A stretch of DNA of 63,917 nt, counting the filler, from Octopus bimaculoides (Eukaryota), in NCBI RefSeq assembly GCF_001194135.2. It is 9 parts of 9 records of this genome, joined end to end, with 100 filler letters (N's around TTAATTAATTAA, not from the genome) between each part and the next. Parts side by side here need not be neighbours in the genome. Positions count along the whole stretch, not along the records: positions 1 to 20,854 come from NC_068982.1; 8 more parts are not named here. One strand, 5' to 3'. The first letter of the stretch is position 1. Every line of letters begins with the position of its first letter. Below, in pieces: positions 1 to 13,233 of this stretch. The notes below the pieces were generated by a model. The model ran no database searches, was not told where the DNA came from, and saw only the letters and a list, made by a program, of their open reading frames with translations. The position numbers and the translations under genes are program-made.

Positions 1-929
1 ATATATATATATATATATATACACACATACATATATACAATCATCTTTCAATGTCCATGTTCTATGCTGACATGGGTTGCAAGCTAGCATAAGTTGGGCA
101 TGTGCGCACGCACACACACACACACACACAAAATATAAGCTTCCAAATTCCAATATTACTCCTCAAGTTAAATTCATGTTCATAAAATTACGACAATTAA
201 AAAGGTATTTGATTTCATCCATTTTATGCTATTTTCCATTCATCATCATCAGTATAACAATTGGATAAATGGTCACAGCCCCCTTAAACTTAATACCCTG
301 AAACTGGAAATAAGTATGGAAAGTATACTATTAAAACCATATGTCCTGATGGCATGAAGGGCAAAAGCTTTTACTATAATGGATCAACAAATGACCTACA
401 ACTATTACATCAACCAGAATCATGAGTCACTCATACTTAGCTCTTCAAATAATCAGAAAGTCAGAAGATTTATTATCCTTAAACAAAACAAAGCTTTTGT
501 CAATTCCAACTGTAACAATGACAATTGACTATTGCAGTTCATCCCTTTTCTCTTCACTAGGAAATTAAACTTTATACTTGTAAATCACGTTCCAAAGAAG
601 TATGTCTAAAACATGAACTACCACCACTGACTTTGAAAATTTGGTCCTCATATCAAATCACATTTTCCAGTAACCTCTCATAAATTGTTTTGCTATCTGT
701 TAGTAAAGGATGCTCAGTGCATTATAATTCCTAATTACAGAAAGCAATGCCTTTAAGAAATCTGATTTCAAATAGAAACTGAAAATCTCTTATTTTTGTT
801 TTGTTTCCACAGACTCTATATCATCTGAATATCAAACATCATACTTTGATTGACAATCAGAGCAATCAATGAATGCTATATTGACCCAATCTCATAAAAC
901 ATAAAATAATTTTTTTAAATAATATATAC

Positions 930-972
930 CTGTAGGAAATTTCTGCTGAGTCTTGACATAATCAGCACCACA
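930..972 (-). CDS. PGM3: PGM3 exon (43 nt, phase 0 to 1); gene continues left of the window
   Basis: Translates CGADYVKTQQKFPTG, matching PGM3 'CGADFVKSHQKPPQG'; acceptor ttaacag, donor gtatat. Confidence 0.93.
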
Positions 973-2034
973 CTGTTAACGGAAAAATAGTTTAAATAAT
1001 GAGTTTCATTAGATAGATCAAAACAGAGTTTATAAATGTATGAAACTAGTAATAAAAATATCAAAATATTAAATAAAAAGTAGTTAAATTAAGGTAAACT
1101 CAGCTGATATGCAATTATTGACAACATTCATTCTATCTTGGATTCTCTATAAGCTTATCATATGTGTAAGAAAAGAAGAAGAATCTCAAGTTGGTAGGAG
1201 AAATAGAACTTCTCTAATGCATATATTATATTATTAGTGATTTGGCTAAATTTATAACACTAAGTTGTTCAGTATAACTCATAAAAATCAGCATTTTTGT
1301 TAATTTCTTAGGTTGCAACAAGCTGATATTAAAATAAATTTTAAATGAAACATAAAACCATCTACCTCTGCTACACTCTAACCTTTCACCATCTGACAAA
1401 AGATCACCTCCTCCAATGCTCCTGCCCTCTCAAAATTCCTTGTCTTGCAAGTTACTTGGTGACTCTGCCAGTGCTGGTACCATGTAAAAAGCATCCAGTT
1501 CACACTGTGAAGTGGTTGGCATCCATCTATAAAAATCATGCCAAAACTGAACTCACCTGGGCTGGTACCACATAAAAAGCATTCAGTTCACTTTGCAGGG
1601 TGGTTGATGTTAGAAAGGGCATCCAGCCATAAAACCCATGCCAAAACAGACACAGTAGCCTGGTTTAGTCTTCTACCTGGTTCAAACCATCCAATCCATG
1701 ACAGCATGGAAAGTGGATGTTAAACGATGATGATGATGACACTGTCATTACTAATTTGTCTTCTTTTACTGACTTCAGTGCCTGGACTATAGCCAAGCTG
1801 GAGCACCACTTTCAAGAGTTTTAGATGATAATGTCCACTCCAGTACTTCATGTATTTTATTGACCTTGTTAAGAAGTGAAAGGCAACAAAATGTCACAGG
1901 GTATTCTTGTTCACTACACTAGTTTTGTTTATTCCAATGTCAATACACACACATACACACAAGGAATTCCTAGTTTCCATCTACCAAATTTTACTCACAA
2001 GGTATTGGTCAATCCAAAGCAATTAGTTTTTATG

Positions 2035-2390
2035 TAAGAACGCTCCATAAAAACAGTCCTTTTGCTCATCTGTCAGTCCCAATTATTGTGCCTAAACAGG
2101 GATAGCAGTTGCCTCTGAATTACTTTTGACTTTACACACTGATGCCCCCAGTTACTGCATTCATTTTTCTATCAACAATATACATTTTCCACCCATGCCA
2201 GTATTCACCACTCAGAAGAATTTTTTTTCTTTGATTGTGTGGAATCTGACTGAACCCCTCCATCTTATATTTGGTACACAACACACATTTCCTCACCTCT
2301 ACAATATTCCCAGAACTATTTTTCATTGTACTAATGTTGATAGCGACACCCCTGAAGGATTTTAACTGACAAGAAAAGGATTTCCAATGG
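2035..2390 (-). mobile_element. RTE LINE apurinic endonuclease remnant
   Basis: ISTMKNSSGNIVEV..NIRWRGSVRF..KKFF*VVNTGMGGKCILLIEK*..GLTDEQKDCFYGAFL resembles the RTE APE N-terminus, with several stops. Confidence 0.6.
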
Positions 2391-3713
2391 TTGGTGGGGT
2401 GTTGTCAGAAATCAAATTTTGCTCACAAGACATTAGTCAATCCAGAGCTATGATACAAGACATATGTTCTTAATGCCATTCAGTGGGCTCAAACTCACTA
2501 CAAAATGAACTTCTTAACCAAACAGAGCCTTTATAAAAGAGATGCCTGCAATAGCTAGGTTTTGAAAGTGGTTACCCACTGAAGTACTCACCAGGCTTAA
2601 GTTTGACATTGTTTAATCCTCTTGAGACACCCAGGCCGATTCATTGGCCCAAGTGATACAAGCTGAGAGGACTTTGAAGCCAATCCATTAGCCCAATGGA
2701 ACAAATGTTGTGAATGGTTGGTTTTTGAAGTGTAATAGCTAATCACAGATTGTCATTCAGTAGAAGTATCTCAACAGAAAAAAAATTTTGGTTTTTTTGA
2801 CTACACATACCAAAACACTGTCTCAAACTTCAGTAACTCAATGACAACTAGTGTTTGCAGCATGATATAGTCATAAGCTATAACACTCATTTGCAGTATG
2901 ATATAGTCATAAGTTATCAATTAGTAAAAAATTCCTCAGTTTCTGCCACCAATCACAACATGCCTCAATGTCAACACTGGTGAAATGCATGTTAATTGCA
3001 TTACTGTTAGTAAAACACACACAGACTTTTGTAAATACATGATTAATGGTAAAAAAATTCATATCTCTTTTTGGTGAATATAATTCATTTCCTGCCATAT
3101 ATATTTCTACACCTTTATATATATANNNNNNNNNNNNNNNNNNNNNNNNNNNNNNNNNNNNNNNNNNNNNNNNNNNNNNNNNNNNNNNNNNNNNNNNNNN
3201 NNNNNNNNNNNNNNNNNNNNNNNNNNNNNNNNNNNNNNNNNNNNNNNNNNNNNNNNNNNNNNNNNNNNNNNNNNNNNNNNNNNNNNNNNNNNNNNNNNNN
3301 NNNNNNNNNNNNNNNNNNNNNNNNNNNNNNNNNNNNNNNNNNNNNNNNNNNNNNNNNNNNNNNNNNNNNNNNNNNNNNNNNNNNNNNNNNNNNNNNNNNN
3401 NNNNNNNNNNNNNNNNNNNNNNNNNNNNNNNNNNNNNNNNNNNNNNNNNNNNNNNNNNNNNNNNNNNNNNNNNNNNNNNNNNNNNNNNNNNNNNNNNNNN
3501 NNNNNNNNNNNNNNNNNNNNNNNNNNNNNNNNNNNNNNNNNNNNNNNNNNNNNNNNNNNNNNNNNNNNNNNNNNNNNNNNNNNNNNNNNNNNNNNNNNNN
3601 NNNNNNNNNNNNNNNNNNNNNNNNNNNNNNNNNNNNNNNNNNNNNNNNNNNNNNNNNNNNNNNNNNNNNNNNNNNNNNNNNNNNNNNNNNNNNNNNNNNN
3701 NNNNNNNNNNNNN

Positions 3714-3770
<57 letters not shown>

Positions 3771-4470
3771 AAGAGAGAGAGAGTCTGTTGCAAGATGTAG
3801 AGTGTAGACTGCTTGAAAAAAAGAATGTTTAGACCTGATTGAGCAGACCTACAATCAAAAGTATTCCAGACATGACCATCCCATCATTTTTTGAAAATCC
3901 ATGTAGAGTGCCTCTAGGATTATATATTGTTTATTCACAAATCCACTGAGTGCCTTAAACCTAAATATATTGGAAATGAGATAGCTCAAGCATTTTTTGA
4001 AGACGACAGGGTATGATTTTAAAGGAAATTTGACTGCTGTTTCTAGCAGACTGAGTGATCATGAGGACTAAATGAAAAAGAAAGAAGCTTTTACATAGGG
4101 TAAGAATTTAGCAATAATAAATGTAAACAAGAAACAATGTCTTGCACCAATGATGAGAGATGTGGCCTGGCTGGTCTTAATGAGATCAGCAAAGTAATAT
4201 GTAGTAGGACAAGACGATGAGCTGGCAGGAACGTTAGCACGCTGGGCGAAATGCTTAGCGGTATTTCGTCCATCTTTACATTCTGAGTTCAAATTCTGCC
4301 GAGGTCAACTTTGCCTTTCATTCTTTTGGGGTCAATAAATTAAGTACCAATTGCGTACTGGGGTCGATCTAATCAACTGCCCCCACCCCCGTCCTCCCCC
4401 AAAATTTCAGACCTTGTGCCTAGAGTAGAAAAAAATATGTAGTAGGACACACTCTATTCCAAAAATAAAA

Positions 4471-5172
4471 TCTATACTATAAATTGCAGTGTTCTTGATT
4501 GCTTAATTGATTGATTGATTGATTGATTGAGTGTTGGCAGATTCACTCGAGAACGGTGCAGTGGAATCGTGTGAAATTCAGCACAGAGCGGCAGCATGGT
4601 CCGCTCATGTTCAGGAGATTTTTATTGCCCTCCAACTTCCATGGTTACCGAGATAATCGATTATTACTTTTTAAGATAGGAATATCCCATTCAAAGTGGG
4701 GAGGGGCGATTTTGTTGCCTTTCCCATGCGCAAAATTTTACGAAAAACCAGCACAATAAAGATCATTTTTTTCCAAGTAATGTGGCTGGGTTTGTTTTTC
4801 GAAANNNNNNNNNNATCAGTGTACATGAACGTTCAACCTATGATTGATCTTGAACAGTTTTGATTAACATTCTTGTGTCGCCAATACAACAACCGCACTA
4901 CCATATATTTTTCTTTTAAGGCGAGGCTATACCACAAATAAGGTTCCGTGACTACATGGGGCTATGGGTACACACGTGAAGTTAGTTTTACAATATCGAC
5001 CGGCAAAATCCTTAGCATCGTATTGTTTTGGGGTTGTTTTTACTTTTTTTTGTTTTTGGAATTTTTTTTTTTTTTAATTTTTTAGTTCTTTTTACTATTC
5101 AAAATATACATAGGAAATAGCTTTTAACCAAATCCACCACACTGCCCGATTGAAACCGGGAAAAACAGCTAG
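4471..5172 (+). mobile_element. Non-autonomous Helitron (Lep1-like layout), intronic in PGM3
   Basis: 5' A|TCTATAC, (ATTG)n near the 5' end, subterminal hairpin cccg-attgaaac-cggg, 3' CTAG|T, A|T insertion site; internally homologous to 24517-25253 (gattcac..aacgg..gtggaat..gtgaaat, atggttaccgagataatc). Confidence 0.8.
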
Positions 5173-5448
5173 TATTATATAGAACAGAAAACAGCAGTGT
5201 GCACAACCATCAAATTAAATATTTTGACAGTAATGAAGATCAGCATAAGGTACATGTATATGTTTATAGTTAAATATAAGACTTAAAATCCAAGTCTGTG
5301 CAATAGTTAATCTTTAGAAAGCTTTTAAATGTGGAAAATAAATAATCCTTAATTAGAAAGGTTTAATTCTAAGTTCAGATTTATTATACTGTCTACATTA
5401 ATCTACATTTGTAAAATGAAAAATAAAAAGAAATGATACAAAGCTTAC

Positions 5449-5604
5449 TTGATAATTTAATATGCCATCACTGCCATCATTTTTCAGCTCTATGTCCAAA
5501 GCATCATTTAGATGACGCTTTAATAATTCTACTTTAGCAGCACCAACACCATTTGCAGCATCTAGCACCAATTTAGGCTTATACAGTCCAGGACAAGAGC
5601 GACC
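5449..5604 (-). CDS. PGM3: PGM3 exon (156 nt, phase 0 to 0)
   Basis: Translates GRSCPGLYKPKLVLDAANGVGAAKVELLKRHLNDALDIELKNDGSDGILNYQ, matching PGM3 'LKVDCANGIGALKL...FNDGSKGKLNHL'; acceptor aaatag, donor gtaagc. Confidence 0.96.
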
Positions 5605-6474
5605 CTATTTAAAGCAAAACAAAAACAAAAATGTGGTCTTTGCTATCACAGGAAAATAGTCAAGACTATACTATCATGTTTGAAAAGGTCTTTTTCTGAA
5701 ATGCTAATGAAATCTGACTTCAGTTTTGGGCTCCTTTTAGTTTTCAGTTCTAATCAGCTAATTCACTTCACAACCACTAAATCTGCAGGAAATTAATTTA
5801 TAATCAGCAATAAATTCTTTTTACACTTGGTAGTTGGTCTTCTGAATTTGCACTTCACGTTTAATTATTAGTTAAGTAAAAAATATCTTCAGAAGATCAG
5901 AAATTATTGAGTTAATTTTGAAGAATGTTGATATGCTGACATATCTAATGAAAGTCAAATTCGAAACAGAATGCCAAGTACTGTCCCTCTCACAAGTTTT
6001 GTCACTAGCGGACTAAAGAAATTAAATTGCACACACACAAGGCTTACTGTCTAAAATAATATCGTAATAATAATTTTATATATTATACATTCAGTGCACA
6101 TATACTTTTGTCACAGAAAAACAAATTGTACAATGTAAGAGTTTTGTACACTTACACAACTAAAAATTAGAGAGAACACTGTTAACAAGTTGTCAAAATG
6201 ATAATGTAATACGTTCTTGATAAATGGTTACTACAAAGAAATACAATTTTTGGCTACTAACAGTAAAACACAACAATTGAGTGTTTTGCTATCTTGCTGT
6301 AATAAATCATTCCAAGAGCTAGAAAAAAGCAAGAAGAAAACTATTTCAATGTATCAACCCTTGAATTATTAAAGAAAGGAACCCTTTGACAGGTTCCTCA
6401 CAACGTTTTTCAATTCAAATATAACAAAGTACAAGCCAATGATAACAGTCAAACACATAAAGATTCATACTTAC

Positions 6475-6602
6475 TGATCCTCTTAGCTTAAGAAAAGCAG
6501 TAGATAGTTTCTCATAATAACCATTCTCTGTTGGTTTACCATATCTCATCTGAGTGTTTTGACAACGAACAACATAATGAAGCATGGGAGTTGTCATCTG
6601 GC
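6475..6602 (-). CDS. PGM3: PGM3 exon (128 nt, phase 1 to 0)
   Basis: Translates GQMTTPMLHYVVRCQNTQMRYGKPTENGYYEKLSTAFLKLRGS, matching PGM3 '[37 protein letters not shown]'; poly-T acceptor ending gtag, donor gtaagt. Confidence 0.96.
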
Positions 6603-6739
6603 CTACAAAAAAAAAAAAAAAAAAATGTCAGCAGCCATCAAGTACTCTTTGGCAAAACACATAATTCTCCTGTTTTTAGTCAAAATAGTTGATAACAAGT
6701 TGTACTCATCACTTATGATTGAATAATGCCAACCCTCAC

Positions 6740-7820
6740 CTGTCAGTAAGGTGAGGGTTGGTAATAAGTACAGTGATGAATTCTGGGTAGAGGTAGGGGT
6801 CCACGAAGGATCTGTCCTCAGCCCCCTCCTATTTAACATAGTCCTCCAGGCGATAACAGAGGAATTCAAGACAGGATGCCCCTGGGAGCTCCTCTATGCT
6901 GATGACCTTGCACTAATTGCTGAGTCACTATCAGAACTAGAGGAGAAGTTTCAGGTGTGGAAGCAGGGTCTAGAATCGAAGGGCCTTAGAGTCAACCTAG
7001 CTAAAACCAAAGTCCTAATAAGTAAGAAGGTAGACACAACACAAACCCCTTCAGGTAGATGGCCCTGCTCAATCTGTAGAAAAGGTGTAGGTAGAAACTC
7101 TATAAGATGTACCCAGTGCAAGCTATGGACACATAAGAGGTGCAGCAATATCAAAGGCAGGTTAACTANNNNNNNNNNNNNNNNNNNNNNNNNNNNNNNN
7201 NNNNNNNNNNNNNNNNNNNNNNNNNNNNNNNNNNNNNNNNNNNNNNNNNNNNNNNNNNNNNNNNNNNNNNNNNNNNNNNNNNNNNNNNNNNNNNNNNNNN
7301 NNNNNNNNNNNNNNNNNNNNNNNNNNNNNNNNNNNNNNNNNNNNNNNNNNNNNNNNNNNNNNNNNNNNNNNNNNNNNNNNNNNNNNNNNNNNNNNNNNNN
7401 NNNNNNNNNNNNNNNNNNNNNNNNNNNNNNNNNNNNNNNNNNNNNNNNNNNNNNNNNNNNNNNNNNNNNNNNNNNNNNNNNNNNNNNNNNNNNNNNNNNN
7501 NNNNNNNNNNNNNNNNNNNNNNNNNNNNNNNNNNNNNNNNNNNNNNNNNNNNNNNNNNNNNNNNNNNNNNNNNCTGTATGACGCATGTGTACGAACAGCC
7601 ATGCTACATGGCAGTGAAACATGGGCCGTGACTGCTGAGGACATGCATAAGCTCGCAAGAAATGAAGTCAGTATGCTCCGATGGATGAGTAATGTCAGTG
7701 TGCATACCCGATAGAGTGTAAGTATCTTGAGAGAAAAGTTAGACCTAAGAAGCATCAGTTGTGGTGTGCAAAAGAGACGATTGCGCTGGTATGGACATGT
7801 GGCAAGAATGGATGAGGATA
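6740..7820 (+). mobile_element. RTE-clade LINE RT fragment (spans a gap), antisense in a PGM3 intron
   Basis: VGVHEGSVLSPLLFNIVL, LLYADDLALIAES, GLRVNLAKTKVL, CSICRKGVGRNSIRCTQCKLWTHKRC; after the gap LHGSETWAV..RLRWYGHVARMDED. Confidence 0.92.
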
Positions 7821-9373
7821 GGGTTAGGGTTAGGAAGAGCTTGCAAGCCAAGTGAGACCAAAATCCAAGGCCTCTGCCAGGGGTGTAGCCAGCCCATTTA
7901 CGCGTAACATTCTTTCATTGGACACTAAACTCCGCTTGCGAAGACATGTTGAAGCTAGTGAAATCGGAATTGAAATCGAACTAAATTTGTAGGAACACTA
8001 AACTTGGCTTGGAAAGACCTGTTGGGGCAAGCGAAAGCGAAATCGTGATGGCACATATACCAGATGAGCACTAAGAGCACCGTCTGAGCATGATCGTTGT
8101 CAGAGTAGCTGTCTGACTTCTGTGTCGGTGGCACGTAAATAGCACCAGCATGATTGTTACCAACGTCGCCTTCCTAGCACTTGTGCCAGTGGCACGTGAA
8201 AAGACATTCGAGCCAGATCGTTGCCAGTGCCGATGGACTGGCTCCTGTGCAGGTGGCATGTAAAATACACCATTTCAAGCATGGCCGTTGCCAGTACCGC
8301 TTGACTGGCCTTCGTGCCGGTAGCACGTAAAAGCACCCACTACACTCTCAGAGTGGTTGGCATTAGGAAGGGCATCCAGCTGTAGAAACTCTGGCAAATC
8401 AGATTGGAGCCTGGTGTCACCTCCTGGTCCACCAGTCCTCAGTCAAATCGTCCAACCCATGCTAGCATGGAANNNNNNNNNNNNNNNNNNNNNNNNNNNN
8501 NNNNNNNNNNNNNNNNNNNNNNNNNNNNNNNNNNNNNNNNNNNNNNNNNNNNNNNNNNNNNNNNNNNNNNNNNNNNNNNNNNNNNNNNNNNNNNNNNNNN
8601 NNNNNNNNNNNNNNNNNNNNNNNNNNNNNNNNNNNNNNNNNNNNNNNNNNNNNNNNNNNNNNNNNNNNNNNNNNNNNNNNNNNNNNNNNNNNNNNNNNNN
8701 NNNNNNNNNNNNNNNNNNNNNNNNNNNNNNNNNNNNNNNNNNNNNNNNNNNNNNNNNNNNNNNNNNNNNNNNNNNNNNNNNNNNNNNNNNNNNNNNNNNN
8801 NNNNNNNNNNNNNNNNNNNNNNNNNNNNNNNNNNNNNNNNNNNNNNNNNNNNNNNNNNNNNNNNNNNNNNNNNNNNNNNNNNNNNNNNNNNNNNNNNNNN
8901 NNNNNNNNNNNNNNNNNNNNNNNNNNNNNNNNNNNNNNNNNNNNNNNNNNNNNNNNNNNNNNNNNNNNNNNNNNNNNNNNNNNNNNNNNNNNNNNNNNNN
9001 NNNNNNNNNNNNNNNNNNNNNNNNNNNNNNNNNNNNNNNNNNNNNNNNNNNNNNNNNNNNNNNNNNNNNNNNNNNNNNNNNNNNNNNNNNNNNNNNNNNN
9101 NNNNNNNNNNNNNNNNNNNNNNNNNNNNNNNNNNNNNNNNNNNNNNNNNNNNNNNNNNNNNNNNNNNNNNNNNNNNNNNNNNNNNNNNNNNNNNNNNNNN
9201 NNNNNNNNNNNNNNNNNNNNNNNNNNNNNNNNNNNNNNNNNNNNNNNNNNNNNNNNNNNNNNNNNNNNNNNNNNNNNNNNNNNNNNNNNNNNNNNNNNNN
9301 NNNNNNNNNNNNNNNNNNNNNNNNNNNNNNNNNNNNNNNNNNNNNNNNNNNNNNNNNNNNNNNNNNNNNNNNN

Positions 9374-9408
<35 letters not shown>

Positions 9409-9489
9409 GCACATATGTAAGTGCACACACACATACACATATACCTAATGATATATACTGGTGTGTGTGCATATGCCATGCCTGAACAG

Positions 9490-9810
9490 GCAAGCAGGTC
9501 TTCCCTCTCGAAGTGTGCTATCAACCAATGCAGTCCTTTGCCATCTCTTCAGCAAAACGCCACAAATTTAGATCTGTCTTCACCACTCCATGCTAAGTGT
9601 TCTTAGATCTTCTTCTTCCATGAGTTCCATTCTTCTTGAATACTTGACACTTCATTATATAGCTGTTCTCTTCCATGTGCAGTCTTCTCTCTTGCACACC
9701 ACATCTGATTCCACTTATGATCAATTTTCCTCTCAGTTCATTTGTGTTCTGTCATCCATTCACACTAGTATTACACAATCAGAAGAGCATGCTCACTTCA
9801 TTTCTTTCTA
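9490..9810 (-). mobile_element. RTE LINE 3' remnant
   Basis: Minus strand 'gaaatgaagtgagcatgctc..agatgtggtgtgcaagagagaagactgc' is homologous to 7660-7790. Confidence 0.55.
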
Positions 9811-10339
9811 GATTTAGTAAGTAAGATATATATGCCCTTATGCTATTCAAACAACTTCAGAGCAACATGCAAATCTGGTTTATGAACAACTTCTTTTGTC
9901 TTCCTTTTCAACTCACAAAGCAACAGAAAGTACATAGATTATGAATAAAATAGACAAATACTTTATTTTCCTTTATGGTGTTGGTTTTATAGTTCAAACC
10001 CAACAAAACTTGTTCACAAATAATCCTTTATGAAAGAATAAAATAAGGAATTTTGTTTACATGCTAAATATTCATGAAACAAGCCATTTTACTGTAGAGT
10101 AGGCATAGATTTAATTTTTAATAGGTTTCTGTTAAGTTAAAGCACAATACCTACAGTACAGTTTGAATTCATGACCAATGTCTTGATAGTCAGCATCTTA
10201 ATCACAAAACAATCAAACCCTTTTAAACATAACAAAAATTAATTAAAGAAAAGCTTGCTTAGAAATGAAAATATAGGATGCTTGAGATAAATTTGACAGT
10301 TCACATAAAAAGAAAACAAATCCTAGTATCTCATCCAAA

Positions 10340-11160
10340 AATAAAAGTATTTAAAAAAATTAAAAAATATCAACTAGATTCTGGCTAGAAGATAATTTAC
10401 TCAAAGTAGTCACACTCAGCTTCCACCATGGTCTTAAGATGGCTCCAGAACCTGGCACATGTATTCCTCTCTGTGTCCCTGAGAAGATCTTCAAACACCT
10501 CCTTGATCTTGGTCACCAGCTCAGCCTTAGTGTTGCATGCAGAGTGGTTGATGTCTTTCTTAACTGTGCCTCATACATCGTAATCCATGGGATTACAATT
10601 GGGAGAATAAGAAGGCCAGAAACTGAGATAGGTGAAGTCGAAGAAATTCTCTTACAACCACTTATGACTCTTTTGGAGGTATGACAAGGAAATGAATCCT
10701 GCTACTGCACATATGGCCTTCCAGCAACAACTCTCTCCAGCTAGGGATTGACTACAGTTTCCAGCAGTTTCACAAAGTCATCTGAACTGAGCCTAAGGCT
10801 CTGTTCAAAGATGTGGGCATGATTCTTGGTGTATGAACACCTGCTGTGTCCCTTCCTATTAGCCACAACTTTGTAGTCTCCATTGCAGCTGTCCATGTCA
10901 TGTCTTATAGCCTTTACAGTGTTAGCAGATCATTGAGTAGCAGTCATGATGTTGGCACTTTGATACCTGGCATGAATCATCATGATACAGGTAACTCTCT
11001 TCCAATATTCAAATGGCTTCTTGTTCTCCATGTCAGCTAACTTTTTCTCGACTCTAATCTCTATGCTCTCCAATGCCATTAACTGTTCATTGATATATCA
11101 AGCTGTTCCTGAAAAAAGGAGTCATAAAAATCGTCAAATTTCACTTGAACATGCTGCACA
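10340..11160 (-). mobile_element. Tc1/mariner (maT/DD37D-like) transposase remnant
   Basis: HKWL*ENFFDFTYLSFWPSYSPNCNPMDYDV*GTV..CNTKAELVTKIKEVF..VEAECDYFE*; boundaries approximate. Confidence 0.75.
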
Positions 11161-11208
11161 TATTTCAATTGTAAACTGTTCAGAGAAGAAATACTCCCTA
11201 AAACTTAC

Positions 11209-11304
11209 CTTGTATCTTTGGCAAGAAACACAGAACCCTTCACATTCATATCAATATCTTCAGACTTAATAATTTTCATCATTACAGAATCTATTTTAGA
11301 ATCT
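11209..11304 (-). CDS. PGM3: PGM3 exon (96 nt, phase 2 to 2)
   Basis: Translates DSKIDSVMMKIIKSEDIDMNVKGSVFLAKDTR, equivalent to PGM3 '...DAFVVIGRDTR'; acceptor ttttcag, donor gtaagt; in phase with the upstream exon. Confidence 0.93.
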
Positions 11305-11561
11305 CTGAAAATAAATCAATAAATAATCAGATTCAGGTTAATAATACATCAATAGGAATATATTTGACGTCAAAAGGCAATGGTGTAAAAACACCATTGC
11401 CTTATAACAACCATCTTTCAAGCAGATGACCCCAACAAAAAAATATAAATCAAAATAAGGAGATGAATACAATGAATTATTACACAATTACAATATGGCT
11501 AATAAAAAATTAAAACAGAAAATTTTTTTAAAATTTTAATTTTGAAAAACATTGAACTTAC

Positions 11562-11691
11562 GAAACATTTGCCAATTCTACTGCATATTTTTCCCAACTT
11601 GCTGCTAACATATCTCCCATAGGATCCACAATTTTAATGCCATTGTCTTCAACAGGGTTATGTGAAGCAGTTATCATTGCTCCAATTGTGG
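11562..11691 (-). CDS. PGM3: PGM3 exon with catalytic phosphoserine loop (130 nt, phase 1 to 2)
   Basis: Translates [44 protein letters not shown]; TASHNP..DNG.K is the alpha-D-phosphohexomutase active-site motif in its PGM3 form; acceptor ttccag, donor gtaagt. Confidence 0.97.
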
Positions 11692-12526
11692 CTGGAATAC
11701 AAAGCAACACAGAATGCAGATATTGTTTTATAAAATGTGAGAATTGATTAGACTTCTATGCATGATATTATTTTAGACAGCAGTAATGAAATTACATGCA
11801 GATAATAGATGAAAAAGTTGTGACGTTTTAAGAGAAAAAACATATTCCTTTAATTAACTAAAGATAAATGTAGAAGCATTGATGGACAATGTAACAATAA
11901 TTGCTGGAAAACAATTAAATAGATTAAGTAACTATTGATTTTATTATCATTTCTCTAAGAGAGGAGGTAAAATCAAATGAACTGATCCTAGTACATGTTT
12001 TGGTTATTTTATTAACAGCAAAAAGATAAATACCTAAATTAATAGGATTTTAACTTAAAACTCAGAGAGATGAAACTAAATATTGTAACGATAGTACTCC
12101 ACTGTCTTTGCCAGACACAGCCCTTGATTAAATAAACCATTAATAAATATATTTAAAATGTAACACAATACAAACAAATATATGAAAAAATCCTTGGTTA
12201 AATTATTTAAATTGTGTATTTAATGAGAGATATTCTATGTAAAAAAACATGCTGGTTCTTGAAATGTTGCAGGAAACTTAACCATTTATGTTGCCAAGCA
12301 TCTTCATAGAGCATGACAGTAACCATGTAAAAATTAATGAACATGGACATACATGTCTTGCAAGTCATCTGCATACATACCTAAACAATAAGCATTGAAC
12401 CAATCATATCTATTTGTCATTTAGATAATTGAGCATAAAAAATAAAGAGCAATACTTGGACCTAAATATTGCTCTAGTTTTTAGGGAGATCAAGGTTTAG
12501 AAAAGACTAAATGCAGCAATTCTTAC

Positions 12527-12597
12527 CTTTTGTGCACTTAGATCTTAACACAGCAAGGATACCCATTCGAAACATGACATGAGACAAGTCAGTGGCT
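12527..12597 (-). CDS. PGM3: Phosphoacetylglucosamine mutase, first visible coding exon (71 nt, phase 2 to 1)
   Basis: Manual translation ATDLSHVMFRMGILAVLRSKCTK matches PGM3 '[23 protein letters not shown]'; acceptor tttttag, donor gtaaga; phase fits the next exon. Confidence 0.93.
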
Positions 12598-13233
12598 CTA
12601 AAAAATTAAAAAACATAGTCATAGCAAATCTTTTTATTTTTCTCGACATATATAAAGTAACAAGAAGGCAGAACCATTAATGCATCAGACAAAATGCCTA
12701 AACAGCATTTCTTCTGGTTTGTTACATTTTCGATTCAAATTCCACCAAGGTTGACTTTCCCTTTCATCTTTTCAGGATTGATAAAATAAGTACCAGTTGA
12801 GCATTTTGGTCAATGTAATCAACTAAACATGTCCCACTAAAATTGCTGATTTTGTGCCAACATTTGAAATGATTATTATTGACAGACTTTTTAGACAAAC
12901 AAACAAAATGCCTTGTGGTATTTGTTCCAGTTGTTCAGATTCTGAGAATCCTACCGAAGTCAACTTACTTCTCATCTTTTCACAGACTTTGAGTCTAGGG
13001 AAGAAAGGGTGATGACATGGCAGAATAGTTGGAACATAAGAAAAGATGCCTTGCAGTATTTGTTTGGCTCTTTATGTTCACAGTTCAAATGCTACTGAGA
13101 TTAACTTTGCCTTTCATCCTTCCAAGGTTGATAAAAAAAGTACCAGTCGACTACTTGGGGTTAATGGTATCAAATGATCCCCTCTCTTAAAACCTCTTGA
13201 CCTTGTATCTAAGTCATCATCATCATCATCATC

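Noticed and set aside
2132-2326. Initially read as a mariner remnant or small gene
   Set aside because: Better explained as a decayed RTE endonuclease across frames.
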